DNA of 62,722 bases, filler included, from Acidimicrobiia bacterium (lineage in GTDB: Bacteria; Actinomycetota; Acidimicrobiia; Spongiisociales; SHLN01): NCBI GenBank assembly GCA_041619515.1. It is 5 parts of 5 records of this genome, joined end to end, with 100 filler letters (N's around TTAATTAATTAA, not from the genome) between each part and the next. Parts side by side here need not be neighbours in the genome. Positions count along the whole stretch, not along the records: positions 27,193 to 40,469 come from JBFKDW010000080.1; 4 more parts are not named here. One strand, written 5' to 3'. Of this stretch, positions 27,779 through 37,301 are shown one piece after another. Each line of letters begins with the position of its first letter. Within the stretch, counting starts at the first letter, position 1. A program made the position numbers and the translations under genes. The notes under the pieces were generated by a model. That model ran no database searches, was not told the origin of the DNA, and worked only from the letters and a program-made list of their open reading frames with translations.

Positions 27779-28453
27779 ATGAAGGTTGTGCTGGTTGATG
27801 ATCACGAAGTGGTCCGCCAGGGGCTGAAAACTCTCGTGGACAGCGAAGAAGACCTGGAGGTCGTCGGAGAAGCCGGCGATGTCGACAACGCAATCCGCCA
27901 GGTTGGCTACCACTCGCCCGATGTGGTGGTGATGGACGTGCGCCTCCCCGACGGCACCGGGGTAGAGGCCTGTCGTGAGATCCGATCGCGGTGGCCTCAG
28001 GTGAAGGTCCTGATGCTGACTTCGTATGCCGATGAGGAGGCGCTGGTCTCTTCGATCATGGCCGGCGCTTCGGGCTATGTGCTCAAGCGCATCGACTCAG
28101 CCGACCTGGTGGACGCCGTCCGCAAGGTGGGCAGCGGGGAGTCGCTCCTCGACCCCAACCTCACCGAGCGCCTGTTCGCCCGCATTCGGGGCGACGAGCC
28201 CGAGGATCCACTCCTGGCTCGCCTGTCGCCGCAGGAACGGAAGATCCTCGACCTGATCGCACAGGGCAAGACCAATCGACAGATTGCCGAGGACCTGTTC
28301 CTCGCCGAGAAGACGGTCAAGAACTACGTCTCCAACCTGCTCTCCAAGCTCGAGATGAGCAGGCGAAGCGAGGCCGCCGCCTACGCCGCCCGGCTGCAGG
28401 CGGATCGGGCAAAGAAGTACCCGCCCGAGGAGTGGAGCAAAGCCATCAGCTAG
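27779..28453 (+). CDS. NarL/LuxR response regulator, DevR/DosR-like
   Basis: VDDHEVVR, DVRLPDG, LAEKTVKNYVSNLLSKL. Confidence 0.9.
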   Translation: MKVVLVDDHEVVRQGLKTLVDSEEDLEVVGEAGDVDNAIRQVGYHSPDVVVMDVRLPDGTGVEACREIRSRWPQVKVLMLTSYADEEALVSSIMAGASGYVLKRIDSADLVDAVRKVGSGESLLDPNLTERLFARIRGDEPEDPLLARLSPQERKILDLIAQGKTNRQIAEDLFLAEKTVKNYVSNLLSKLEMSRRSEAAAYAARLQADRAKKYPPEEWSKAIS

Positions 28454-28518
28454 CAGGCTGCCAGTGGCTTCGAGGTACCCACAACCGAGGTTGGCAACGC
28501 CGCAGGCGTTGCCAGTTG

Positions 28519-28617
28519 CTACTTCTTGTTCTTGCGTTTGTGTCGATTAGCGCGCAGACGTTTGCGGTATTTGTGCTTTGACATCTTCTTGCGCCGCTTT
28601 TTGATCAGTGATCCCAT
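28519..28617 (-). CDS. 30S ribosomal protein bS22 (AURKAIP1/COX24 domain)
   Basis: MGSLIKKRRKKMSKHKYRKRLRANRHKRKNKK, resembling actinobacterial bS22. Confidence 0.88.
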   Translation of the reverse strand: MGSLIKKRRKKMSKHKYRKRLRANRHKRKNKK

Positions 28618-28677
28618 TCCGCATAGCTTGGCCCGTCCCCCGCGGCTATGCAAACGCCCATCTAGAGTCTTTATCGA

Positions 28678-29421
28678 ATGGCACCTGTAATCGGCATAAC
28701 TTCCCAACTTCGTGACGTCGCCACCAGCTACGGCGCGCAACCGGCCACCACCGTCACGTTGTCGTACTCGGACTCGGTGATCGGGGCCGGGGGCATACCT
28801 GTCGTGCTCCCCATCCTGGAGCCCGATGCGATACCGGCAGTGCTGGACAGGCTCGACGGCGTGGTCCTCACCGGTGGTGGTGACATGGCGCCGGATTCAT
28901 ACGGAGGCGCCGGCCATCCGGCCATCTACGGTGTGCACGAAGCGCGCGACCGGTCGGAATTGGCCGTCGCCCGCTACGCCGCCGGGAGGAAGATGCCGCT
29001 GCTGGCCATATGCCGGGGCATTCAGGTCCTGAACGTGGCGCTGGGCGGCGACCTCATCGCAGACATCCCGAGCCAGGTCGAAGGTGGTTTCGAGCACTTC
29101 GTGACGGGCAACGGCGCCGCCAAACAGGCCCACCAGTCGATCGAGCTGGCGTCCGGCTGTGGACTGGCACAGCTGTTCGGGACCACATCGTTGAAGGTGA
29201 ACTCACTCCACCATCAGGCGGTGGCAACGCCGGCGCCGGGACTGCGGCCGGTGGCGTGGAGCGAAGACGGCGTGATCGAAGCCTTGGAGGCTCTTGACCC
29301 CGCCTGGCCCCTCCTGGCGGTCCAGTGGCACCCGGAGAACCTGGTGGAGACCGAGCCAGCCGCTCGCAGCCTGTTTGATCAGCTGATTATCGCGGCGACC
29401 GAGCAGGCAGTGAACCACTAA
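28678..29421 (+). CDS. Gamma-glutamyl-GABA hydrolase family (peptidase C26) glutamine amidotransferase
   Basis: LTGGGD, ICRGIQ, NSLHHQ, VQWHPE. Confidence 0.92.
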   Translation: MAPVIGITSQLRDVATSYGAQPATTVTLSYSDSVIGAGGIPVVLPILEPDAIPAVLDRLDGVVLTGGGDMAPDSYGGAGHPAIYGVHEARDRSELAVARYAAGRKMPLLAICRGIQVLNVALGGDLIADIPSQVEGGFEHFVTGNGAAKQAHQSIELASGCGLAQLFGTTSLKVNSLHHQAVATPAPGLRPVAWSEDGVIEALEALDPAWPLLAVQWHPENLVETEPAARSLFDQLIIAATEQAVNH

Positions 29422-29454
29422 AGAGGGCTGAATCGAGGGTCGATATCCCTCACC

Positions 29455-30858
29455 ATGCGCACCGTCAGCCGCCGGCTATCAGTCCTATTGCTCGCTCTCG
29501 CCCTCCTTGCCGGGGCATGCTCGGGTGGTGATGACCCCGGCGCAACCCCGCCCATCACACCGGTTCCAAATGCCGCGAGCCCCGACAGCGGTCCCGACCT
29601 GTCCGATATCCTCGGCTCCGACCAAGCGCCGGCCGGCACGGCGACGACGACGCCGGCCGATCGCCTCCAGGTCGAGCAATACCTGAGAGAGTTCCTCACC
29701 GCCTACTTTGAGGCGACCGCCGAGCGGGACTGGGACGCCGTGTATGCGGCATCGTCTGGTGCGTTCGCCGACACCTGCTCTCCGGACGATTACACAGCGC
29801 TGGTGGCTTCGTCCACCGCCGAAAAGTCTGAGATCGAGTTCGTCGGTGGCTTCGATATCTCGGTGGTCGGCGATTTCGCCACCGGCCGGCTCGCCATCTC
29901 GGACGAGGTCGGCACGCTTCCGATCGAGGGGCTGCTGGCGGTCGCTGAACCCGACGGTTGGCGGGTTGCCCTCAACCCGTGCGACGTTGTCGCCAAAGTG
30001 GCGAGCGGCGATGTCTCCTACCCGATCATCATCACGACGACGACCGCTGAGGCGGCCGATTCACCGGCGCCATCAGACGACGCGCCGATCCCGCCAGACC
30101 TCACCACCACCACCACGGCGCCCGGCGCCACGACCACGACGACCCTCGGCGGGACCCCGCTGACGGCTTCGGACCGGGCCGAAATCGAGGCGGTCCTCGA
30201 GGCCTTCGTCATCGCCGACGCCGCCCAGGACTGGGTTTCCCTCTACGCCACCGTTCCGCCCCTCTTTGAGTGCACTCCGGCCGATACTGCCGCTGCCCTC
30301 GCCGGTTTCCACTCCAGCCCGGCGTCGGTTGCCTTCGGGCCGATGACCATCACCGGAGCCGACGACGAGGCGTTTGCCACATTCGACATCACCTACCTCG
30401 ATTCGTTCGAGACGGTCACGGTTTCGGAGTTCGGGGCGTGGGAGTGGGGGGGCACCTGGTACGCGGCGGTCCACCCGTGCACGGGCACTGAGAACCTGGT
30501 GACGGCGGGTGGACAGAATGCGACGGCCATAACGCTCCTGGAGGACACCCTCCTGCTTGCCCGGGACCTGTACGACGGAGCCGGCGACTACGACATCCCG
30601 ATCTCTGCGCTGAATGAGATCTCGACCGAGGCGGAGTTCGTCGAGAGCGCCGATGAGGCATCGAACGGCATCGTGGCCTACGACGACACCGACCAAGAGG
30701 TGCTGATCGTCACTCAAAGCGCGAGCGGGCGGTGGTATTGCATCGCCGAAGACGCTGCCCTCGGGGCTCACTACGGATCGGCCTTTTATCTCGATACCAT
30801 CGACTCCCTGGCAGGCTGCCGGTCCGTGACCCTCGCCGTTCCCTGGAGCACGCTCTAG
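29455..30858 (+). CDS. Acidic lipoprotein with two repeated NTF2-like-looking domains and Thr linkers
   Basis: Lipobox LAGAC; two similar segments (A..DW..Y...C...W...PC). Confidence 0.75.
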   Translation: MRTVSRRLSVLLLALALLAGACSGGDDPGATPPITPVPNAASPDSGPDLSDILGSDQAPAGTATTTPADRLQVEQYLREFLTAYFEATAERDWDAVYAASSGAFADTCSPDDYTALVASSTAEKSEIEFVGGFDISVVGDFATGRLAISDEVGTLPIEGLLAVAEPDGWRVALNPCDVVAKVASGDVSYPIIITTTTAEAADSPAPSDDAPIPPDLTTTTTAPGATTTTTLGGTPLTASDRAEIEAVLEAFVIADAAQDWVSLYATVPPLFECTPADTAAALAGFHSSPASVAFGPMTITGADDEAFATFDITYLDSFETVTVSEFGAWEWGGTWYAAVHPCTGTENLVTAGGQNATAITLLEDTLLLARDLYDGAGDYDIPISALNEISTEAEFVESADEASNGIVAYDDTDQEVLIVTQSASGRWYCIAEDAALGAHYGSAFYLDTIDSLAGCRSVTLAVPWSTL

Positions 30859-30867
30859 GCCCTCCGT

Positions 30868-31680
30868 CTACCGGACTCCATCTGCCGACACTCCCGGGTT
30901 GAGCACCGAACCTGAGCCGACAGCGTGCTGGAGCGCCCGGACGACCGCCTCCTGGGCCTCGGCGGTGACAACGGCAACCACAGCGGGGCCTGAGCCACTA
31001 ATGGCGGCGAACGGCGCACCGGCACCCTCGGCCGCTTCGAGCAGGTCGCCGATGAGGGGACGGAGCCGCACCCGATGCGGCTCGTGCAGCTCGTCGCGAC
31101 CGACGCCGGCCAGCAATGTGATGTTGCCGGTGCGGAGGGCCTCGACCAGGCGCATGGCCCTGCGGGCGGCCTCAGCGGCAACGGCGAAGGGCACCGTCGC
31201 AGGCAGGATGTCCCGGGCCTCCTCGGTGGCCAGCGACGCCTCCGGGACGGCCACCAGGATCGACAGTGACGAGTGCAGCTCCAGGCGATGCACGCCGTCG
31301 GGCCCGGCCAACACGAGCCCACCGTAGACCGCGGCCGCAGCATTGTCCGGGTGCCCCTCGGCTGAGGCCACCGCCTGGAAGACACGGTGGAGATCGTCGG
31401 GCTTGCCGTCGAGACGAGCCACCGCCAGCTCGAGGGCGGCCAGCACGGCGGCGCTGGAGCCGAGGCCCCGGCCGACCGGGATTTCGGAATCGACTTCGAC
31501 GCGCAGGGGGTTGGCACTCACCCGTTCCGCCGCCGAGCGAAGAAAACCGCCGGGGTCGTCCGTTATCTCCCACCGGTTGCTGTTCGATACGGTGACTTCG
31601 CACCGGAGATCGAGGGCAACGGCAAGCGAATCGAAACCCGGGCCCAGGTTGGCCGATGAGGCCGGAGCCGATGCTTTCAT
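30868..31680 (-). CDS. thrB: Homoserine kinase
   Basis: PASSANLGPGFD, PVGRGLGSS, HPDN, SGSGP. Confidence 0.95.
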   Translation of the reverse strand: MKASAPASSANLGPGFDSLAVALDLRCEVTVSNSNRWEITDDPGGFLRSAAERVSANPLRVEVDSEIPVGRGLGSSAAVLAALELAVARLDGKPDDLHRVFQAVASAEGHPDNAAAAVYGGLVLAGPDGVHRLELHSSLSILVAVPEASLATEEARDILPATVPFAVAAEAARRAMRLVEALRTGNITLLAGVGRDELHEPHRVRLRPLIGDLLEAAEGAGAPFAAISGSGPAVVAVVTAEAQEAVVRALQHAVGSGSVLNPGVSADGVR

Positions 31681-32591
31681 CGAGCCGACTCGACCTCCAC
31701 GAAGATCTGGGTGGCGTTCGGAGCCACCCGCAGCACCGCAGCTTCGATCTCGTCGACGCTGGCCTCGATCTCCTCGACGGTCAGGCTGGGGACGAAATCG
31801 ACGTCGAGGTTGACGACGATGTCCGAGGGCCCCATGTGCATGGTGAGCAGCCGGCCGATGCTCTCGACATTCGGATGGGAGAGCACCGCAGCGCGGATCT
31901 CGGAGCGAACCTGGCGGCTGGCGCTCTCGCCGACCAGCATGCTCTTGACCTCGTAGGCCACCAGGAAGGCCACGACTGCCAGCAGCACGCCGATCGAAAT
32001 CGAGGCGGCGCCATCCCAGCGAGGGTTCCCCGTCCACTCTCCAAGCAGGATGCCGCCGGCAGCGATGAACACGCCGAGAACGGCGGCGGTGTCCTCGAAG
32101 AGGACCACCATCAGGGCTGGATCCTTCGTCTCGCGCAGCGACCGCCACACACGCCGGCTGCCTCTCCGCCGGTTGAATTCTTTCACCGCCGGCCAGAATG
32201 CGATGACGATCTCGAAGAAGGCGGCCGCCGCCAGCACACTCAGGCTCCAGGCGAGATCGGTGGTCTCCTCGGGATGGCGAAACCTCTCGAGACCCTCAGA
32301 GATGGAGACGACGGCTCCGCCGACGAACAGGAACACGGCCACCATCAAGGACCAGAAGTACAGCTCCTTCCCCCGGCCGAACTGGTGGGTGACGCTCGGC
32401 GCGTAGCGGGAGACGGCGGCTCCGCGCAGCAAGAAGAGCTGATTGCCGCTGTCGGCGGTGGAATGGAACCCTTCGGCGAGCATTGCGGCCGAGCCGGTGA
32501 TGGCAGCCGCCACGAACTTCATCACCGCAATGAGAGCATTGGCAATCAGGGCCAGGATGACGAGGGTACGAGATTCGGATGATCCGGCCAT
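31677..32591 (-). CDS. Cation diffusion facilitator transporter
   Basis: HSTAD, FGRGKE, FEDTAA; multiple TMs. Confidence 0.92.
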   Translation of the reverse strand: MAGSSESRTLVILALIANALIAVMKFVAAAITGSAAMLAEGFHSTADSGNQLFLLRGAAVSRYAPSVTHQFGRGKELYFWSLMVAVFLFVGGAVVSISEGLERFRHPEETTDLAWSLSVLAAAAFFEIVIAFWPAVKEFNRRRGSRRVWRSLRETKDPALMVVLFEDTAAVLGVFIAAGGILLGEWTGNPRWDGAASISIGVLLAVVAFLVAYEVKSMLVGESASRQVRSEIRAAVLSHPNVESIGRLLTMHMGPSDIVVNLDVDFVPSLTVEEIEASVDEIEAAVLRVAPNATQIFVEVESAR

Positions 32592-32707
32592 GGCCCGGCA
32601 GTCTACGAGGCCTATTGCAGCCCGAGCCGCACCCTGCGAGCAGGACCACTGGGATGAAGCTCGGGGTCGGCCGGCTCGCAGCGGTGATTGGTTGCCAGAA
32701 TGTGCCC

Positions 32708-33595
32708 ATGCCGGAGCTTCCCGACATCGTCGTCTACATCGAGGCGCTCGACCGGTATGTGGTGGGAGCCAGGATCGATCGGATCCGGATTGCCGGGATT
32801 TCTTTGCTCGGCTCGTATGACCCGCCTATCGAAGCGGCCTTCGGGCAGCGGGTCCTCGGGCTGCGCCGGCTGGGAAAACGCATTGTGTTCGAGCTGGAGA
32901 ACGGCCTCTTCCTGGTGCTGCATCTGATGATTTCCGGGCGCCTGCGCTGGAAACCGCCGGGTACGGCCATCCCCAAGAAGGTGGGGCTGGCCGCCTTTGA
33001 CTTCCCGGACGGAACCCTCCTGCTCACAGAGCAGAGCACCAAGAAGCGAGCCACCCTCCACCTCGTGCGCGGCGAGGAGGCACTGGCCGAGCACGACCGG
33101 GGCGGCCTGGAAGTGCTGACTGCAACGTCGGATGAGTTCGCCGAAGCGATCCTGACCGCCCGCCACACGGTCAAGCGGGCTCTCACCGATCAGCGTCTCT
33201 TCAGCGGCATCGGCAATGCCTATTCCGATGAGATCCTCCATCGCGCCGGGATTTCGCCCTTCAAGCTCACCAGCAAGATGACCCGCGCCGAGGCGGCGGC
33301 GCTCCATTCGGCGGCGGTGCAGGTACTGACCGAGTGGACCGAGCGGCTCCGGGAAGAGCTCGGGGATGGGTTCCCCGACAAGGTCACGGCTTTCCACCAA
33401 GAGATGGCCGTGCACGGCAAGTTCAAGCAACCCTGCCCGGTTTGCGGCTCTCCCGTCCAGCGGGTCGTCTACGCCACCGCCAACGAGCTCAACTACTGCC
33501 CCGGCTGCCAGACGGGCGGCAAGATCCTCGCCGACCGGTCGCTTTCCCGCATCCTCAAGGACGACTGGCCCCGCACGCTCGAAGATCTGGAGTAG
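32708..33595 (+). CDS. Fpg/Nei family DNA glycosylase
   Basis: MPELPD N-terminus, [13 protein letters not shown]...CPGCQ zinc finger. Confidence 0.92.
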   Translation: MPELPDIVVYIEALDRYVVGARIDRIRIAGISLLGSYDPPIEAAFGQRVLGLRRLGKRIVFELENGLFLVLHLMISGRLRWKPPGTAIPKKVGLAAFDFPDGTLLLTEQSTKKRATLHLVRGEEALAEHDRGGLEVLTATSDEFAEAILTARHTVKRALTDQRLFSGIGNAYSDEILHRAGISPFKLTSKMTRAEAAALHSAAVQVLTEWTERLREELGDGFPDKVTAFHQEMAVHGKFKQPCPVCGSPVQRVVYATANELNYCPGCQTGGKILADRSLSRILKDDWPRTLEDLE

Positions 33596-33639
33596 CCGGG
33601 CAGTTGCGTCGAAGCGCCGAGTCGCGCAGCCGCTACCGG

Positions 33640-35103
33640 CTACCGAGTACCGAGCAGCTGGTCGACGGGGGCGAAGTCGTCGCGCAGCACTGGAGCGCCG
33701 TCCGCCCAGGCATCCACCTCGTCGTCGGCAATCACCCCGATGTCCGCACCCCTCCCCGCCAGGGCTTCTGCCAACGCTTCTTCATCCAGGCGCGTCTGAG
33801 AGGCGGCCAGGACGAAGTTGCCGCCGGCGGCGCCCTCCAGGAACTCGAACGGTGCCAGCACTGCAACATGCGCAAACACCCGGCGCAGGGTGGCGGCCTC
33901 CGCTTCGGCGAAGGCATTGGGAGGACGGTCGATGAGATTCATGATGTACATGCCACCGGGGCGTAGCCGGGCGGCAATCTCGGCGATGAACTCGCGGGTC
34001 GTCAGATGCCACGGGACCGAAATGCCTCCGAACGCGTCACCGACGATCAGGTCGAATCGGCCTTCGGGAAGCGTCCTGAGCGTGAGCCGGGCGTCTCCGA
34101 TCAGAATGTCGTCGATGGCACCGGGCTCTAACCCGAGGCGTGCCCGAGCCAGGCCGACCAGGCCGTCATCGATCTCGAGGACGGTGCTGGTGCTCCCCGG
34201 ACGCGCCGCCGCCACCCAGCGGGGCAGTGTGAAGCCACCCCCGCCGATGTAGAGAGCGTCTACCGGCCCCGGCCCGGCCTGGGTGGCCACCAGGTCGGCG
34301 AACAGCAGCATGTAGCGGAACTCGAGATGGGTGGGGTCCTCGAGGTCGACGTACGAGTGGCGCAATGTGTCCAGCCACAACGTCCGACCCGTCGCCCGCT
34401 CCGGGTCTACCTCAACCCGGGCGCAGTAGTAGGTCGTCTCCCGGTCACACGGCCCGTCCACCACGGCCAGGGCTCCCCCGCCGACGAACGTGGCAGCTGC
34501 GATGACGACTGCGGTGGTGGTGCCGACCCGTCCGATCCGGATCGTCGAGGTCAGGCCCCACGCCACGAGAGCAGCGCCGACCCCGAACACGACCGGCCGG
34601 GTCGGGAACGCCGCCAGCAGCACGAACCCGGTGATGAAGGTTCCGAAGATGGCACCGGCCGTTCCCACCGCCGAGAACCGGCCGACGACCGTGCCGGTGC
34701 GGGACAGGTCGGCGAGCTGGAGCTTGACGACCATCGGAGGCACGGCGCTCAGCACGATCGCCGGCGGGAGAAAGGCCAGCGCCGTGAGGGAGACGATTTC
34801 CACCGGTCCGCCGCCCCGCAGGGCGGGGCCGAACACCTCCACGATGGTGGGGGCGGCCAGCGCCAAGACTCCTCCGGCGATGAGCGAAGGGCCCACCAGG
34901 TGGGCGGGCTGAAACCGGTCGGCGGCTCGGCCTCCGAGCCAGGCACCGAGGGAGATGCCGGCGAGCACCGTGCCGATGATGGCCGTGAAGGCCTCCAGCG
35001 TGACCCCGACGTATGGGGCCAGCAGCCGCCCGGCGAGGATCTCGAGCACGAGTACCGCCGCCGACGTGAAGAACACCAGGAGGCGGGCAGTGACGGGAGA
35101 CAT
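33640..35103 (-). CDS. Fused MFS / spermidine synthase-like protein
   Basis: N-terminal TMs (VLEILAGRLLAPYVG), IGGGGFTLPR SAM motif, DDFAPVD. Confidence 0.9.
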   Translation of the reverse strand: MSPVTARLLVFFTSAAVLVLEILAGRLLAPYVGVTLEAFTAIIGTVLAGISLGAWLGGRAADRFQPAHLVGPSLIAGGVLALAAPTIVEVFGPALRGGGPVEIVSLTALAFLPPAIVLSAVPPMVVKLQLADLSRTGTVVGRFSAVGTAGAIFGTFITGFVLLAAFPTRPVVFGVGAALVAWGLTSTIRIGRVGTTTAVVIAAATFVGGGALAVVDGPCDRETTYYCARVEVDPERATGRTLWLDTLRHSYVDLEDPTHLEFRYMLLFADLVATQAGPGPVDALYIGGGGFTLPRWVAAARPGSTSTVLEIDDGLVGLARARLGLEPGAIDDILIGDARLTLRTLPEGRFDLIVGDAFGGISVPWHLTTREFIAEIAARLRPGGMYIMNLIDRPPNAFAEAEAATLRRVFAHVAVLAPFEFLEGAAGGNFVLAASQTRLDEEALAEALAGRGADIGVIADDEVDAWADGAPVLRDDFAPVDQLLGTR

Positions 35104-35215
35104 GTCCGGGAAGTATCGCGCTTTGCCCGCCCAACCCTCCGAAAGGGCCTTCGGCCTACTCGTTCTGCGCCCGTACCCGCCCGCTGGTATCTCCCCGTCG
35201 GGTCGCCTGCCGGAA

Positions 35216-36601
35216 TCAGCCGGCCGCTGGTATGCCGAGCACCTCCTGAACCGTCCCATCGAGGGTGACGAGCCACACCGCCGCGTTGTCGCGAACTCGC
35301 TCGCCGGTGACCTCGGACCCGGTGACGAGCATCGACCGTTCACCGATTGGCAGGACGGCATCCAGCACGGTCCCCTCCACGACTGCGAGCCTGTGCCATA
35401 CGATGCCGGCGTAGCTACCGAGGACTCGCGAGCCCGCCACACCGACGACGTTCTCGCCGACGAGTTCGATCGCAGTGGGTTTCTCGCCTTGGGTGTCCTT
35501 TGCCTGCCAGTCACCTCTCGCATCTCGCAGGACTGCGACCACCCGACCGCCGCTCGGTGAGGCGTTCCATCGCTCCCACCAGGTGTGCAGCCCGCCGGCT
35601 CCGTCGACCTGCGCCCCGACGTACACGAGGCCGTAGCCGACCGTCTCGCCGGCGGGAGCGGTGAGAGCCGAACCAGTGACGGTGCCGATTGCAGCTCGAC
35701 TCCAGCCGCCACCAGTGGACTCGACGGCGTAGGGCATGCCGTCGGGGCCGCCATACAACACGACGGTGGCCGCACCCGTGTCGACGATGTCCTCGACGTA
35801 GGCGAAGCCGTCGGCGATCTGGTCGACCTTCTCCACGTCCCACCTGACGCCGTCATCCGACCGCCACACATAGACGCCCGTCATCGAGTCGAAGTCCGTC
35901 GCGGTGCCGATTCCGCCGACCACAAAGCCCGCGTCGGTGGCGGTCACGACCTGGGGCACAAAGCGAGTGGCGTCAGCGGGCGTCGGCAGCGCGATGGACT
36001 GCCACGTGAGGCCCGAGTCGCTCGACACATATGCTTGGGATTGCGATCCGTCTCTTGCTCCCAGCGCCACCAGCGTTTCTCCGCGCGCCGCCATCGAGAC
36101 GATGGTGTCGCCGGTGGCGACCATGCCCGCCGGCTCCCATCTCGTGCCATCACTCGAGCCGCGCCACACAGTGCTGCTATCGCCTTCCTTGACGACGGCC
36201 ACGAACCCGTCGTGGGCGCGCGCGATGGTCGGGATCGCCGACCCGGCGCCCTGCGTCAGCACGGCGACCTGGTCGACCTCGACCCCGCCGAGGGTGGCAC
36301 CGTTTGCGTCGGGCGCCGGCAGGTTGGTGTCTTCGGAGGCCACCAGCGGCCTGTCGGGGTCGCCGCCCACCGACCCTGGGTTCTCCGGAGCGGGCCAGTC
36401 GCCCAGGAGCAGAGCCGCCGGCAGCGCGATGACGGCGAACGCGGCCGCCCAGGCCAGGACCACCCGCAGCGACCGGCGCTCTCTTGGGCCGGGGTGCAGG
36501 CGAACGGGGCGTAGCTCGTCGAGTTCGGGGGCAACGGGGGCCTGGTCCTCGATGGCAGCGAGCGCTCTGCGGACATCTTCGAGCGGTTCGAATGTCTTCA
36601 T
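35216..36601 (-). CDS. Single-pass membrane protein with BNR/Asp-box repeats (putative anti-sigma)
   Basis: ATGA-coupled to an ECF sigma; TM helix; SSDGTRW, SSDSGLTW, SDDGVRW Asp boxes. Confidence 0.75.
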   Translation of the reverse strand: MKTFEPLEDVRRALAAIEDQAPVAPELDELRPVRLHPGPRERRSLRVVLAWAAAFAVIALPAALLLGDWPAPENPGSVGGDPDRPLVASEDTNLPAPDANGATLGGVEVDQVAVLTQGAGSAIPTIARAHDGFVAVVKEGDSSTVWRGSSDGTRWEPAGMVATGDTIVSMAARGETLVALGARDGSQSQAYVSSDSGLTWQSIALPTPADATRFVPQVVTATDAGFVVGGIGTATDFDSMTGVYVWRSDDGVRWDVEKVDQIADGFAYVEDIVDTGAATVVLYGGPDGMPYAVESTGGGWSRAAIGTVTGSALTAPAGETVGYGLVYVGAQVDGAGGLHTWWERWNASPSGGRVVAVLRDARGDWQAKDTQGEKPTAIELVGENVVGVAGSRVLGSYAGIVWHRLAVVEGTVLDAVLPIGERSMLVTGSEVTGERVRDNAAVWLVTLDGTVQEVLGIPAAG

Positions 36602-37044
36602 CGTTTCAGTGTCCTCTCGAGTCGTTTCCGGGCAAGATGCAGATACCGTTTGACCGTTCCGGCCCGACATCCCATGAGGGCGGCTACCTCGGCGGTCGGC
36701 AGATCTCGCCAGTACGTCAGGTACACGGCGGCTCGTTGCCGCTCGGGAAGTCTTGCGACTGCGCAGGTCACGTCGGGCCGGACGTCGGGGGGCATGACCG
36801 CCAAGTCTCCCGTCCAAGCGCCGGGGTGGCGGGCCGACCGTCGCAGATGGTTGCGGGCCTCGTTGAGCACCGCCTTGAACAGGTACGGACGGGCATCCTC
36901 GAGTTGGACCAGTGAGCCACGCCGGCGCAGAATCCGCTCGATAACGCCCGACAACACGTCCTCGGCCGCCACCGGCCCTACCAGGACGGTGGCGTACCTG
37001 ATCAGTTCATCCTTGTGCTTTCGCCATATTGTTGCGTCGTCCAT
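36598..37044 (-). CDS. ECF sigma-70 factor (SigE-family-like)
   Basis: AAEDV, LPERQRAAVYL, GTVKRYLHLAR. Confidence 0.88.
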   Translation of the reverse strand: MDDATIWRKHKDELIRYATVLVGPVAAEDVLSGVIERILRRRGSLVQLEDARPYLFKAVLNEARNHLRRSARHPGAWTGDLAVMPPDVRPDVTCAVARLPERQRAAVYLTYWRDLPTAEVAALMGCRAGTVKRYLHLARKRLERTLKR

Positions 37045-37050
37045 GACCTT

Positions 37051-37079
37051 GTCACACCCCGGCAGCCGAAACGGTTGCA
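37051..37079 (-). promoter_or_regulatory. Candidate ECF autoregulatory promoter (TGCAACC...TGTGAC)
   Basis: GCAACC -35-like element and TGTGAC immediately upstream of the sigma ATG. Confidence 0.45.
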
Positions 37080-37301
37080 CGGCATGTTCGCGCACCCAAG
37101 ACGTACCTCGTCTCTGACCACCGCCCCGCCCAGCTCCACCGCTGAGCCGTCCCACACGACGCGAATCTCAGAGAGGGCCTCCGGAAGACCCTGTGGGCTG
37201 ACCGTCAAACGCTGTTAGTGTGCGATAGAGGTACGGCAACACACGGGGTGGTGGCGGGAATCAGAGCTCTGAGCCCTAAGAACCACTTTCTGGGCGTGTC
37301 G

